A stretch of 63,997 nt of DNA, counting the filler, from Folioceros fuciformis (Eukaryota): the NCBI GenBank assembly GCA_049999805.1. It is 8 parts of 8 records of this genome, joined end to end, with 100 filler letters (N's around TTAATTAATTAA, not from the genome) between each part and the next. Parts side by side here need not be neighbours in the genome. Positions count along the whole stretch, not along the records: positions 1 to 29,212 come from JBNGIO010006317.1; positions 29,313 to 34,444 come from JBNGIO010006322.1; positions 34,545 to 40,446 come from JBNGIO010006323.1; 5 more parts are not named here. One strand, written 5' to 3'. The position numbers and the translations under genes are program-made. The notes under the pieces were generated by a model. The model was given only the letters and a program-made list of their open reading frames with translations. It was not told the origin of the DNA and searched no databases. This document shows positions 24,276 to 35,007 of the stretch, one piece after another. The first letter of the stretch is position 1. Each line of letters starts with the position of its first letter.

Positions 24276-27200
24276 AAGGAAGGCTTTCTTGTTTTCCTAC
24301 ATGGAAATGCAGATGGAAAAGGCTGTCGTGTTTTCCTGCGTGGAAATAGAGAAGGGATATGGTCAGCAGTAGCATCTGTACATACTTCTTTGCTTTTCAT
24401 GCTGGGTGGCCAATTTTCTGCCTGGGCTCATCACCATCCAGATAGCTCAACTGCTACTACACCTGCTGCTGAATGGATGCACGTCAGCGGCACTGGATCA
24501 CAAAGTTACCTCTCAGGATGACTGGGGGTTTGTGATTGACCTGCAGAGTTGTGGTATGCAGTGTAAGCGGATCCATCTATTGACCGGATGTTGCCGTGGT
24601 TAATTGTGATGTGAGAGCTTGTCGTCGGCGCCCTCAGGCAAATGGTCCTTCATCTTTGACGCCCTCGATTCAATGGCACTAGCTTCTCATTTCGTAAGCG
24701 TTGTTTCGGCGCTCTGGACTTTTGTTGTGGCTTGGACGTGATATTTTGGCATTCGACGTGTACATAGAAGGGTTCACTCCGATTTGTAGGGAACTTGCAT
24801 TTTGCACCTTGTCTACAGAGCCAGTTATAAGATTGTTTGGAGAGTCATCAAAGCCTCCGACGTGGATGCCAAGCTCTAGGCTTCGCCCTCTTGCTGCAGT
24901 CACCGAGAGCTCGAGTATGCCGTCAGTCGCAAAAGAGCACGTCCAAAAGTTGCGACTGACATCACAAGTGTACAAAAAATCACCTATCGTCTGCACACTC
25001 CGTACTGTATTCAGATCGTCACCCAGACTGCTTTGGCCCTTCTTGGATGAGGTGATTGCTGGCCAGTGATGTCCGCGAGAGGGTAGGCATTGGCACATGC
25101 ACGGTGAGCTCTTAATTTGGACCCACAAGGCTCTCTTTCCTCGCTGCCCATAGCAAGTTCCATAGAGACCGCTCCCCGAACATTGCGCCTAGACTTTGGG
25201 GTGCCGAGACGCCGCACATCGTGTCTTTCAATCCTGTGGCCAGTGGGAGAGATCATTTCTATCGACAGAGAGAGTCTGGAACTTTTGAGAGAACTCATCC
25301 GACAAGCCTCAGGTCTGCGACGTGGGCAAAACTTTTCAATTTCAATTACAGGTGAAACCTTCTCATGCTGATCTGAAGCATGTGTTGAGGTGCAAGAGGT
25401 TTATTACCCAAGTCCTAATCTGATGAGGGATAGCGCAAAATGATTGTCAGGATTTGTGGCCATTTCAGGTTAATCTTGCTAACGGGTGAGTTGATCCTTC
25501 AATCGCCCCAAGAACAAGTCCATCATCACACTCATACCCTTAGGCGGATTGCTTGCTTCCAAAGTTCTGGCTCCATGTTTCCAAACACGAGTCGTGTGTT
25601 GGAGACACGATGTCGTGTCACACAACCCCGTGAAACCGAGCAGGTTCACCAGCAGTGCTGACACCCCTGCGCGACTGTCATAGCACTTGCCATAGGATTC
25701 AAAGTTTCACGGTCTTCCATGGTTGCTGCTGTTCACATTCCGTGAAATGCTGTCTGACAGGGTGAGCAGCCTTTTGTTTGTCAGGGGGCCGATCAAAATG
25801 GGTGAAATCAGGAGTGTGTTAGGTTTGGAGCATAATGAACCACCTCCCTCTCAGAACCCGTGGAAAGTGAGGCTTCACATCCACCCCTCACAAACAGAGG
25901 CGGAACGATAAAACGTGCTTTCGAGACACTGGCTTGCGCGTGGATTCCAGTCCCTTGAAGAGCGTCCTTGAGTGCGTGAAGCTCGTTTCCTCACACATAG
26001 ACCACCTTCATCAGATGCGTGCAACTACTTCCAAGTTGCTGAGCACCTGGCTTTACACAAACCCGGCACCCAAATTAAAGTCGACAACCTTTCTCAGCCC
26101 ATGGACTGGATAAACCTAGATTCCATCCCGGGGTGCCGACGGCGGCGGCGTATTCAGTGAACCTAGGATCCAGACCTAGTTAGCTGCCGTCGCAGCCATT
26201 GCTTCTGGACAAGTCAACAAGCTGCGGTCATGGAAGGAGTCCTAGATCACTCTGACGATCACAGTAACAACAGCGAGGAGCTCACATTTTTACTCCAACC
26301 CGACCCCTCGACCTCGGAGCCTGGATCTGACAGTGTCTGCAAGACCAGTCCGAAAATTCATCATTTAGGATACGATTTTCCATCCCTTCGCTGAGGAATG
26401 GGAAGTGAACGTGCCCCACCTCTTGCTCATGGATTCGACATCATCTGCAAGGCCAGCGTGAAACTACTGCAGGCTAGGGTTTTGACGCGTCACTGACTGA
26501 CGAGGTGTGTGTACAAAGATCGTGCCGATGGATTTGAGACCATTTGCAGGGCAAGCAGGAGTTTCACCTCTCCTGAAACAGAAGAATGGCAGGGCAAGCA
26601 GGATTTTCACCCTCTTGAAACAGACATTTCTTCCAACAGCATGTCCTGTGTTGGTCATCGCAAGCAGTTTGTTCATAATATTGTTGGAGGCAGAACGCAT
26701 CGTGTCACGCATACCCCAGGCCACGAGGACGAGCCGACAGGCCACTAATCCGCCGCTCCCACGCATCGGCGGCAGCGCTTCCGCCGCATGATTGTGAAAT
26801 GATGGTATATTCCCGTCCTTCGCTAATGTGTAAACTAAGCTGAGAATTTTGTCATGTTTGGGGAACCTGAGATGGCTGTGAGCAGAAGCAGAGCGCCTGT
26901 CTGCGCGTCTGTGCATTTCATTCGGCGGTGCAACCTGGAGATCTGCACAGTGGAGTGCAGGAGCCATTCCGCAAACAACAAGGCTAGGGCAGCAGAAATG
27001 CGGATTCTGGCTGGTGGCGCACTTGCGCGCGGTGAATGCGGATTCCGTCTTGCCCTCCCACCGCCGTTGCCGACTCTCTCTTCTGTCTACAACACACCAG
27101 CGGCCCTCCAGGGCCGGGCAGGTCCGGTCAGGTCAGGAAAAGGTACGCGAGCCCGAGGAAATGAAAATGCATGTCACCAGCTTGTCTGTTTCTGGTAGCG

Positions 27201-29256
27201 ACTGCCTAGAGATTGGTGGCGACTGGCCGCAGCGAGGTGATGAGAGCTCGAGCAGGCGAGGCCGCTCCCCAAGGTTGGGGGGTTGGGAGGTGTTGTCACT
27301 TCTCGCTCTGGATCTGCGATAGGCAGAAGGGGCCGAAAGGAGAGGGGGAGCCAGAATCTGTGTGCTACAGGGGTATCACGACCTTGGAACTCCACAACCA
27401 TAGGCCTGCATAAACAAGTATCTGGCTCACGTCAGTGGGGCTGGCCCATGCGTGTCTGGAAACTTCCCTCTCCCTCACCTCGTCCGCTCGACTGGGCGGG
27501 ACTCCCTGGAATCAGGCTGTCATAGGGGGAGTATGGTGTGTGCAGCGCTGCCCGATGCGATGTTTTCACCAAGGGCCTGCCCGGCTCACCAATCATGGTC
27601 CTGGGGGCATGGGGCCTGGGGCCTGGAGTCCTGGACCACCCGTCCCTGTGTTTCCCTGTTTCCAGCACAGTCCTGTGACGATGTTTTTTCAGCTACAACA
27701 AAGATGCCATGCCACACGATGCAGCCCGAAAGACATGTACCTACCGCCAGTTTGGCGGTTGCAGTTGCAACCTTTTCAATGCCAGAAGACAGACAGCCAC
27801 AGTGGGAATCGAATGCCGCCATGGCCCAGCAGGCATGCCCTTGCCTTGGCAGTGCTACACTACGCTACGCTACATTTACACCTACATTTACATTTCCAGT
27901 ATGTATGGTGGTGGTGCTTTTACTCTTGTCGCTACTCGGGAGCTCTCCTACATTAGCTGTGGCGTCACAAGCAGCTCCCTGTGGCCCCCTGTACACATGT
28001 ACATGTTGACCGTGGCAAGGACGCAGCCTGCTTTTCTTCACCTAGCTGACAATGACACTGATTCTTAGAGACGTGGGCTTGAAACAAGCAAAGAAAGGTA
28101 TGGTCTCACCTAAAGGCCTTCCCCTTCCCGCATGTGGCTTGTGCCAGTTGGAAGTCACATTTTGCACACCCTCGCGGCCCCTTTCGGGCAGCTATCGTGG
28201 TCAGCATTCTAACCTCCCTTGTCACATTCCCAACCTTGTACTTTTATCACCCACCCACTCCCCCCTTTCATACCTTTCATCCCTCCCCCTCCTTTTACAT
28301 CATCCGTCCCTCGGACCCTCCGCTCCTTCTCTTCAACCCATGCCTCGAGCGGCTCCAGCCCATAACAGCACCACCATCTGCGTCCTCCACAAGGACATGA
28401 GCCACAACCCACAAAGACCCACAAAACACTTTCTTCCATCACCACCCCCCCCCCCCCTCCCCCTCTTTAAGCACAGCCAAATTTCCCTGGCCCTTGCTCT
28501 TGGCCTTCCTGGAATGTGGGAGTAGGTGCGAGTGGGCGTGCTAGCGGGAGGGGGAGGGAGAAGGCGAAGAATATTCCCGTCCCAACTGCCACAGCCTACA
28601 GGCGTGGAGCCATCCACGTTACGTTGGCGATGCCCCGTGTGGGCCACCGGGCCGGAAAGGAAAGGAAAGGCGAGGAGGGAAGGAGAGGCACGGTGCATCA
28701 GTCCCAGCTCCAGCTACAGCTCGTGCTCTCGCTGCGGCACTGCAGCTGATGTCTTCTCCCGGGCCACCGGAGCACCTGTCTCGTCCATGGCAACGGCAGG
28801 GCCTGAAAGCGAGGCGACCCCACGCGTCCCTCTAACCCAACTCCAACTCACCACCGTAATCGCGTCCGTGAAGCGAGAACGACACCTCCCACTTGCCGCC
28901 CACTCCCGGGCTCCAATAAGCAGGCCAGCCAGCCAGCCAGCTATCATTCTCGGCCTGGTCTGCCATGTGACCATCACACTGCCCCGCGCACCCTCAAACG
29001 CCCTTTCCCCTCGTACCATGCACTTGCAAAAGCGTCCTCGAAAATCATATGCTACCCTCCACGAAAAGGCTCCCTCAATAATACACTTTGCCCACTTCCA
29101 AACCACATGAGCTCCAGCACTGCACCTCCCAACAGCAACAGCAGGCTCAGGCTCAGGTCGAGACTCATCACAGACTCTCAGGCCTAGGCTCCCCTCTCTC
29201 CCCGCCCCGCCCNNNNNNNNNNNNNNNNNNNNNNNNNNNNNNNNNNNNNNNNNNNN

Positions 29257-29268
29257 TTAATTAATTAA
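29257..29268. other. Artificial contig-join spacer TTAATTAATTAA within N runs (also at 34489, 40491, 45786, 52822, 58208, 62840)
   Basis: Identical 12-mer giving stops in all six frames, flanked by ~44 Ns each side, occurring 7 times. Confidence 0.97.
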
Positions 29269-30136
29269 NNNNNNNNNNNNNNNNNNNNNNNNNNNNNNNN
29301 NNNNNNNNNNNNGTGCGCCTCCTCGTGCGGGAAGGCGACCTCGAAACAGAGCGCACCATTGCTTGCGAGTTGCAACGTGCAAGCGAGCTCTTTGGGACGG
29401 GCACGCCGTGTCCCCGCCTCCTGGTCGGGAACCCGAGCCAAGTTGGAGTCTCGACCCAGCCGATCTTGCTACAAGCCACGCTGCGCTTCAGCAATCGTAG
29501 TAAACCCCAACGAACAGCGGAAGGGCGCCCTCCGATTCCAACCTTGCTCAACATCGAGGGAACGGGCAAATTGCGGATCGCGGAGTAGGCAGCAATGTTT
29601 TCGAATTTCGAAAACAGTTGTGGCAGGGGTGGAGCTGGAATTGGTCTGTCAAGGGAGAGTCAGATTGCAGCTGTAAGGCTGGGGGATGTCGATCGGCGGA
29701 AACTGCTCTATAGCGGCCTTTCTGGATCCTCCCAGGCTTTTCTTCTGCAACAGAAGACGGAACGACGGCTTTTAGAGATGACGAAACCATCACAAGACAT
29801 GAGGATTAGAGGAGGACAAGGAGTGAGGCTGAAGTGCGCAGAGGGAATTGGAAGAAGGCTCAGAGCGATGCTATGATGTGCATGACGGCTCTTCCTGGCG
29901 TTAAGTCGCAAATCTGCCGTGACGGCGTTGCGTGTTGGCCAGCGCCTTGCTGTATTTGCGGCCTGATCCGCTCGACAGGTCGTTACCTCGCTGGGAAGAA
30001 AGCATGGTTGATTCCTAGTATCATTTCATTTGGGAGGTACTGATCGTGTTTGCCGTGTGGTTTATGTTGAGTGTATTTACCTGTAGGTTTGGATGCAAGG
30101 CATTGATGGAGGCAGTCTGATGAGCTGGGGTGGAGT

Positions 30137-30571
30137 GTGTTCTTGTACCGGTGTTCCTCACGGAGCAAGCGCGGGAACATGTCCCCAGCTAGGAGGCTAA
30201 GGATCATGCCCCAGCGTAGGCTACTGGCCATGCATCGGCTAAGGGTCTCGATCATGCCCCAGCGTAGGCTACTGGCCATGCATCGGCTAAGGGTCTCGTT
30301 CATGCCCCAGCGCAGGATACGGATCAGAGTCGTCCCTACGATTTCTGTTACGATGACGATCCGTCAGCGTAGGCTACGGATCATAATCGTCCGTAGGACT
30401 TCGATTACGACAACGATTCGTCGGCTGCAGCTCAGAATCCCAAGACCTCGGCTTCCAAGTCCCAAGGAGTGGCGTTGCAAGGTTTGCACTGATGTTAATC
30501 CCGGGTCTCAGAATGTCTGTGATTCGTGCTTTAGCGACCGTGAAGATCCTCCACCCAATGTTCGTACGTGA
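30137..30571 (+). pseudogene. RanBP2-type zinc-finger fragment preceded by 48-bp repeats; probably degenerate
   Basis: WRCKVCTDVNPGSQNVCDSC fits W-x-C-x2-C-x3-N-x6-C-x2-C exactly. The upstream 48-bp tandem repeat reads Arg-rich in this frame, or HAPA*ATGHASAKGLD (CAG>TAG stops) in another. Confidence 0.65.
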
Positions 30572-30614
30572 TGGCCCGTTCACGGTGGGGACGCTACTAC
30601 TTCAACAACGAATC

Positions 30615-33242
30615 CTAGCAGAAGTAATATCCATTGTGCTGGGTCTTGATAACACCCATTAGATCATTCAGCAGCGAATTTATCTGGCGCAATTCTGCGT
30701 GCTGATTGTTTTGTGCTTTAAATGTATGTATCATGTTATTCAATTCCATCCAAGTCTTGCCAGGTTCCTTCTTCACGCCGACACCCCGCATTTTCTGCCT
30801 CGTGAACATGCTCTCTGCACAGTTCCCAGCTCCAGCATAGATGTTTGACATCAAAACATATGCGGCAGCCTCTGTTGCATCCAGCTGCAGAATCTGCTCA
30901 AAAGCATGTCTCCCAAGCTCCACATTACCGTGAATTTGGCATGCCCCGAGCAGAGATGTCCAGACTACAATGCCTGCTTCAGAGGGCATGCTCTTGATGA
31001 GGTCCTCTGCTTCATGGAGGTATCCAGCACGACCCAGCAGGTCCACCATGCATGCATAGTGTTCCCTCGCGGGGGTGATGCTGAAGTCTTGAGACATGGA
31101 CCTGAACAGAAGATATCCCTCACCCAACAAACCGCCATGGCTGCATGCGGAAAGTAGGCAGAGGAAGATGAGCGTGTCCGGCTGTACGCCCTCGTGTTGC
31201 ATCTGCTGAAACAGCTCAAGGGCCTTCTGGCCAGCACCACTCTGAGCATAGCCGTGGATGATGGCGTTCCAAGACACCACATCCCTTTCAGGTAACTCGT
31301 CGAACACCTTGTGAGCTTCTCTCAAGCTCCCGCACTTGGCAAACATGTCAACAAGAGCGCTGCCAAGCTGTGTGTCAGAGTCCAGTCGACTTTGCTTGAT
31401 GTGAGCATGAACCACTTGCCCTTGATGCAGAGCTCCAATGTTGGAGCATGCTTTCAGGATGCTCAGCAATGTGACCTTGCTTGGCTGCACCCCTTCCTGT
31501 TGCATCTGCTGGAACAGGTGTAGGGCTTCCTCACCATCATCCAGATGAGCATATCCTGAGATCAGCGCATTCCATGTCACACGATTCTTTGCCACCAACC
31601 TTGCAAAGAGTTGGTGCGCATGCGAAAGAGCCCCACACTTTGCGTACATGTCGACCAACGTATTTCCAATGGAGATATCTGACTCAAAGCCATGGAGCCT
31701 GATGTGGGCATGCACCAGCTTGCCATGCTCTAATGCGGTTCCAGCAGCACACGCCTGAATCGCGCTGACGAGAGTGGCCCGCGTAGGCTGCACTCCCTCC
31801 AGTAGCATACTGTGAAAGAGGTGTAGCGCCATGTCACCTTCTCCCTGTTGGACTTTTCCTGCAATCAAGGCATTCCACACCACCAGGTCTCTTTTCGTCA
31901 GACCATCAAACACGGTCTGTGCCTCTTCCAGGTCTCCACATTTGGCATACATTTCAATGAGGACGCTGCCCACAAAGACATCCGCATTGCAGAACTGAGC
32001 CCCGATGTGCTTGTGAATCAACCTGCCCCGATCCAAGGCTTGCAGATTGGAGCATGACTTGAGCAAGTTGATGATTGTGACCTTGTCCGGCTGGATGCCT
32101 TCATCTTGCATCTGGCGGAAGTATTGAATCACATCTTCATCACTGCCCACTTCAGCATGTGCAGCAAGAATGGCATTCCACAGGGTAACATCTCTCGCTG
32201 GCAATCTGCTGAACACATGCCGGGCATTGCCTAAGTTTCCACATCTGGCATACATGTCAATCAGGGATTCCCCAACAGATACATCCCACTCTAACCCACG
32301 TTCAATGACAAACGCATGAACAACCCTTCCCTGATCAAGAGCTTGAATGCCAGAACAGGCTTTCAGAATGCTCACCAGTGCAACCTTGTTCGCCTGGACG
32401 CCCTCCCTGTGCATGGCTTCATACAGCTCAAGCGCTTCAACCCCGTGGCCTAGCAGAGCGTATCCCGCAAGCATGGTGCTCCAGGTAATACCATCTTTCG
32501 ACAAAAGTCTGTCGAACACCTCACGTGCATCTTCCAAACTTCCAGATTTCACGTACATGTCCACAAGACTGTTACCCACAAGAAGGTCTGACTCCAAACC
32601 GGCTTCAACGATGTACGCATGGATCTCCCTACCATGCTCTTCCACCGAGTCCTTAGCACATGCTTTCAACATGCTGACCAGCATTATCTTGTCCGGTTGC
32701 AATCCCGTGGCCACCATCTGCTGGAACAGCTGCAGACCCCCTGAACCATGACCGTGCTGTGCATACCCAGCTATGATCGAAGTCCAGGACACAAGGTCCC
32801 TCCCTCCCAATCCATCAAAAACCCTACGTGCATCCTCTAAGCTCCCACACTTCACATACATATCGATAAGGGTGTTCCCCACAAATACATGACACTCATA
32901 ACCACTTTCCACGGCATGAGCCTGAATCAACTTGCCAGCGGCAAGAGCTGCCATGCTGCCACAGGCCTTGAGGGCAGCGAACCTGCGGATGAGATGGCTG
33001 CCCAACAAAGAATTGCCCTCCAACCCACTTGCAACAATAAGGGAGTGCACTTCTCTGCCACCTCCCAGGTTCCTCTCTTTCAAGCAGTCCTGCATCCGCC
33101 GGTACAGCACGTCATTCCAAACCGTACCTTGCTCATCCACATGGTCCACTGCCCGCAATGCCACTCTCCTAACTCCAACAGTTTCCAGAAGAACCTTGTA
33201 TGACCTCTTTGCCCAATTCTTCACACCTCCGCCCACGAACAT
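30615..33242 (-). CDS. PLS-class pentatricopeptide repeat protein with E/E+ extension and no DYW domain (organellar RNA-editing factor type), 875 aa
   Basis: Repeated P-L-S motifs (GNTLIDMYVKCGSLEDARRVF...DLVSWTSIIAGY); HYACMVDLLGRAG, WTSLLGACQIHGN, AYVLMSNIYA, KKEPGKTW (PG box); ends at GYYFC* before any DYW deaminase. Confidence 0.93.
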   Translation of the reverse strand: MFVGGGVKNWAKRSYKVLLETVGVRRVALRAVDHVDEQGTVWNDVLYRRMQDCLKERNLGGGREVHSLIVASGLEGNSLLGSHLIRRFAALKACGSMAALAAGKLIQAHAVESGYECHVFVGNTLIDMYVKCGSLEDARRVFDGLGGRDLVSWTSIIAGYAQHGHGSGGLQLFQQMVATGLQPDKIMLVSMLKACAKDSVEEHGREIHAYIVEAGLESDLLVGNSLVDMYVKSGSLEDAREVFDRLLSKDGITWSTMLAGYALLGHGVEALELYEAMHREGVQANKVALVSILKACSGIQALDQGRVVHAFVIERGLEWDVSVGESLIDMYARCGNLGNARHVFSRLPARDVTLWNAILAAHAEVGSDEDVIQYFRQMQDEGIQPDKVTIINLLKSCSNLQALDRGRLIHKHIGAQFCNADVFVGSVLIEMYAKCGDLEEAQTVFDGLTKRDLVVWNALIAGKVQQGEGDMALHLFHSMLLEGVQPTRATLVSAIQACAAGTALEHGKLVHAHIRLHGFESDISIGNTLVDMYAKCGALSHAHQLFARLVAKNRVTWNALISGYAHLDDGEEALHLFQQMQQEGVQPSKVTLLSILKACSNIGALHQGQVVHAHIKQSRLDSDTQLGSALVDMFAKCGSLREAHKVFDELPERDVVSWNAIIHGYAQSGAGQKALELFQQMQHEGVQPDTLIFLCLLSACSHGGLLGEGYLLFRSMSQDFSITPAREHYACMVDLLGRAGYLHEAEDLIKSMPSEAGIVVWTSLLGACQIHGNVELGRHAFEQILQLDATEAAAYVLMSNIYAGAGNCAESMFTRQKMRGVGVKKEPGKTWMELNNMIHTFKAQNNQHAELRQINSLLNDLMGVIKTQHNGYYFC

Positions 33243-33413
33243 CGCAGAAACTCAAAACCGTCATCAGCATTTTCCCGCTTCTGGGTCCCAGAAAGGAACT
33301 ATGCTTATCGTACGGAGTAAAGTACGTCATCAATGGCGATCATGGAAGTCTGCCTCACCAAGCGATGGACACAGTTTTCCTGACAACGGGTTCCAAAAGT
33401 TCCAAATCATAAT

Positions 33414-34330
33414 CTAAAGTTCCAAATCATAATCTAAAGAATACGCAATGCACTCAATTGCGCGGGCTTGCTCGAAGGTCAGAGGCTCCCGTACAATTCT
33501 CCAGGTCTTCGTGAGCCTCTCAAGTCTATTTGCACTGTCAAACTTCCTGCTATGCACATGCCCAGAAAGGGTTGCGTATATTGCAACCATACCACTTGCC
33601 TTTGCTCCTCAGATACCCAGCCCGTGTCCTTCCGTAAACAGTTACTCAATTTAGGGTGGGCCTTGCAGACTGCAGCCCACCAAGCTTTCCTGTTCCCGTC
33701 AGGACGACCAAACTTCAACCCCACAATCGCCTCCAGTTTATCTTGGAAGAACTCAAATACTCCTCTCAGAGTATTGGAGTATTGGAGTTGGACGCCCTCA
33801 ACAGGTCGTACTCTAGACATTGGATTCAGAATTTCGTATTCTCCTCCATCACCTTGATCATCTGCTCCTTGTCTGCAATCCTCTTCTCCTTGTCTGCAAT
33901 CCTCTTCTCCTNNNNNNNNNNTCTGCAATCCTCTTCTCCTTGTCTGCAATCCTCTTCTCCTTGTCTGCGATCCTCTTCTCCTTTTCCAACAACATGTCCT
34001 CAAAGCTCCTCACCATCTTCTCCTTGTCCAACAACTTGTCCTCAATGCTCCTCGCCAACAACTCCAAGAGCTTCTCCCACTTGGAGGAATTCTCTTCTTT
34101 CCTGATAAGATCCAAAGTGATCCAACGTGCATCATGCTTCACTAGTCTTGAACTAGGAGAAATAGATCTGTCTTCATGCCTGATAGACACAACAAACAAT
34201 CTGTCAGTAACAACAGCGCCATCACAAACAAGACTCCATGAAGCGCCATCACAAACAAGACTCCATGAAGAGCAGAAGCGAGAGGAGGCAACCCTGCCCT
34301 GTTCCGAGCGACAGGTGTCTGCTGCATGCT
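33414..34330 (-). pseudogene. Pseudogenised paralog of the orphan coiled-coil/YxxLSxHVH ORF at 60187-61074
   Basis: Reconstructed: ...(KEKRIAD)n KEQMIKVMEENTKF*IQCLEYDLLRASNSNT/LRGVFEFFQDKL...RKAWW...GWVSEEQ/KASGMVAIYATLSGHVHSRKF...LERLTKTWRIVREPLTFEQARAIECIAYSLDYDLEL*. Lesions: TGA at 33826-33828, 8-bp duplication at 33773-33788, 1-nt deletion near 33602. The 5' start is uncertain. Confidence 0.85.
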
Positions 34331-35007
34331 GCATCCTGGCCCAAGCACTTATACACACATTTTGCCCAGCCAGCCAGCCACCACCCGTTCCCCAAAGCAA
34401 AACCCTTGTTCTGTCCTGTCCTGTCTCGAGATCCTGGCCCAAGCNNNNNNNNNNNNNNNNNNNNNNNNNNNNNNNNNNNNNNNNNNNNTTAATTAATTAA
34501 NNNNNNNNNNNNNNNNNNNNNNNNNNNNNNNNNNNNNNNNNNNNTCCTCGAGTCCTGAGAAAAGCAGTGGCCAATCGTGAGTGAGAGTGAAGGTGTGAGC
34601 CATGTGAGAGGAGTGATCACGAAAGGGAGAGGGAGGGCCGAAGCGGGTCCTGCCTGTCAGAAGGCATAAGTCGGAAAAGTAGGTCGTGGGGTGAATGAGG
34701 GAGAGAGAGAGAGTAGAGAGAGAGGGGGTGAAAAGAGAGAGGACCCCACCAGGGTAGCCGACTGGGTGACCGTCGTGGAAGGGGCAACGGAAGTAGCCGA
34801 GTGCCTCGGTAGCCGTAGGGACGACAAAGTAGTTGGGGGACATAGGTACATACCTCGGTGACCGAGTAGGCTGTCGAGTAGCTCAGGGTTAAGGTAGTTG
34901 AGGGGGCAGCGACAGTAGTCGAGTCGTGATGAGGTTGAGGTAGCCGAATAGGTGGTGGGTGAGAGGAAGGCTGATCTAGGTGGTAACTGACTTTTAGAAG
35001 AAACCTG

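Noticed and set aside
27000-29212. Many overlapping 60-190 aa ORFs in GC-rich DNA
   Set aside because: No recognisable domains and low-complexity tracts; consistent with non-coding promoter or UTR-like sequence.
29213-29312. Palindromic TTAATTAATTAA recurring 7 times, as a biological motif
   Set aside because: Always embedded in N runs; it is a six-frame-stop linker added when contigs were concatenated.
33826-33828. TGA at an Arg position rescued by U-to-C RNA editing
   Set aside because: Such editing is organellar, this DNA is nuclear, and the gene also has frameshifts; CpG deamination is the simpler explanation.
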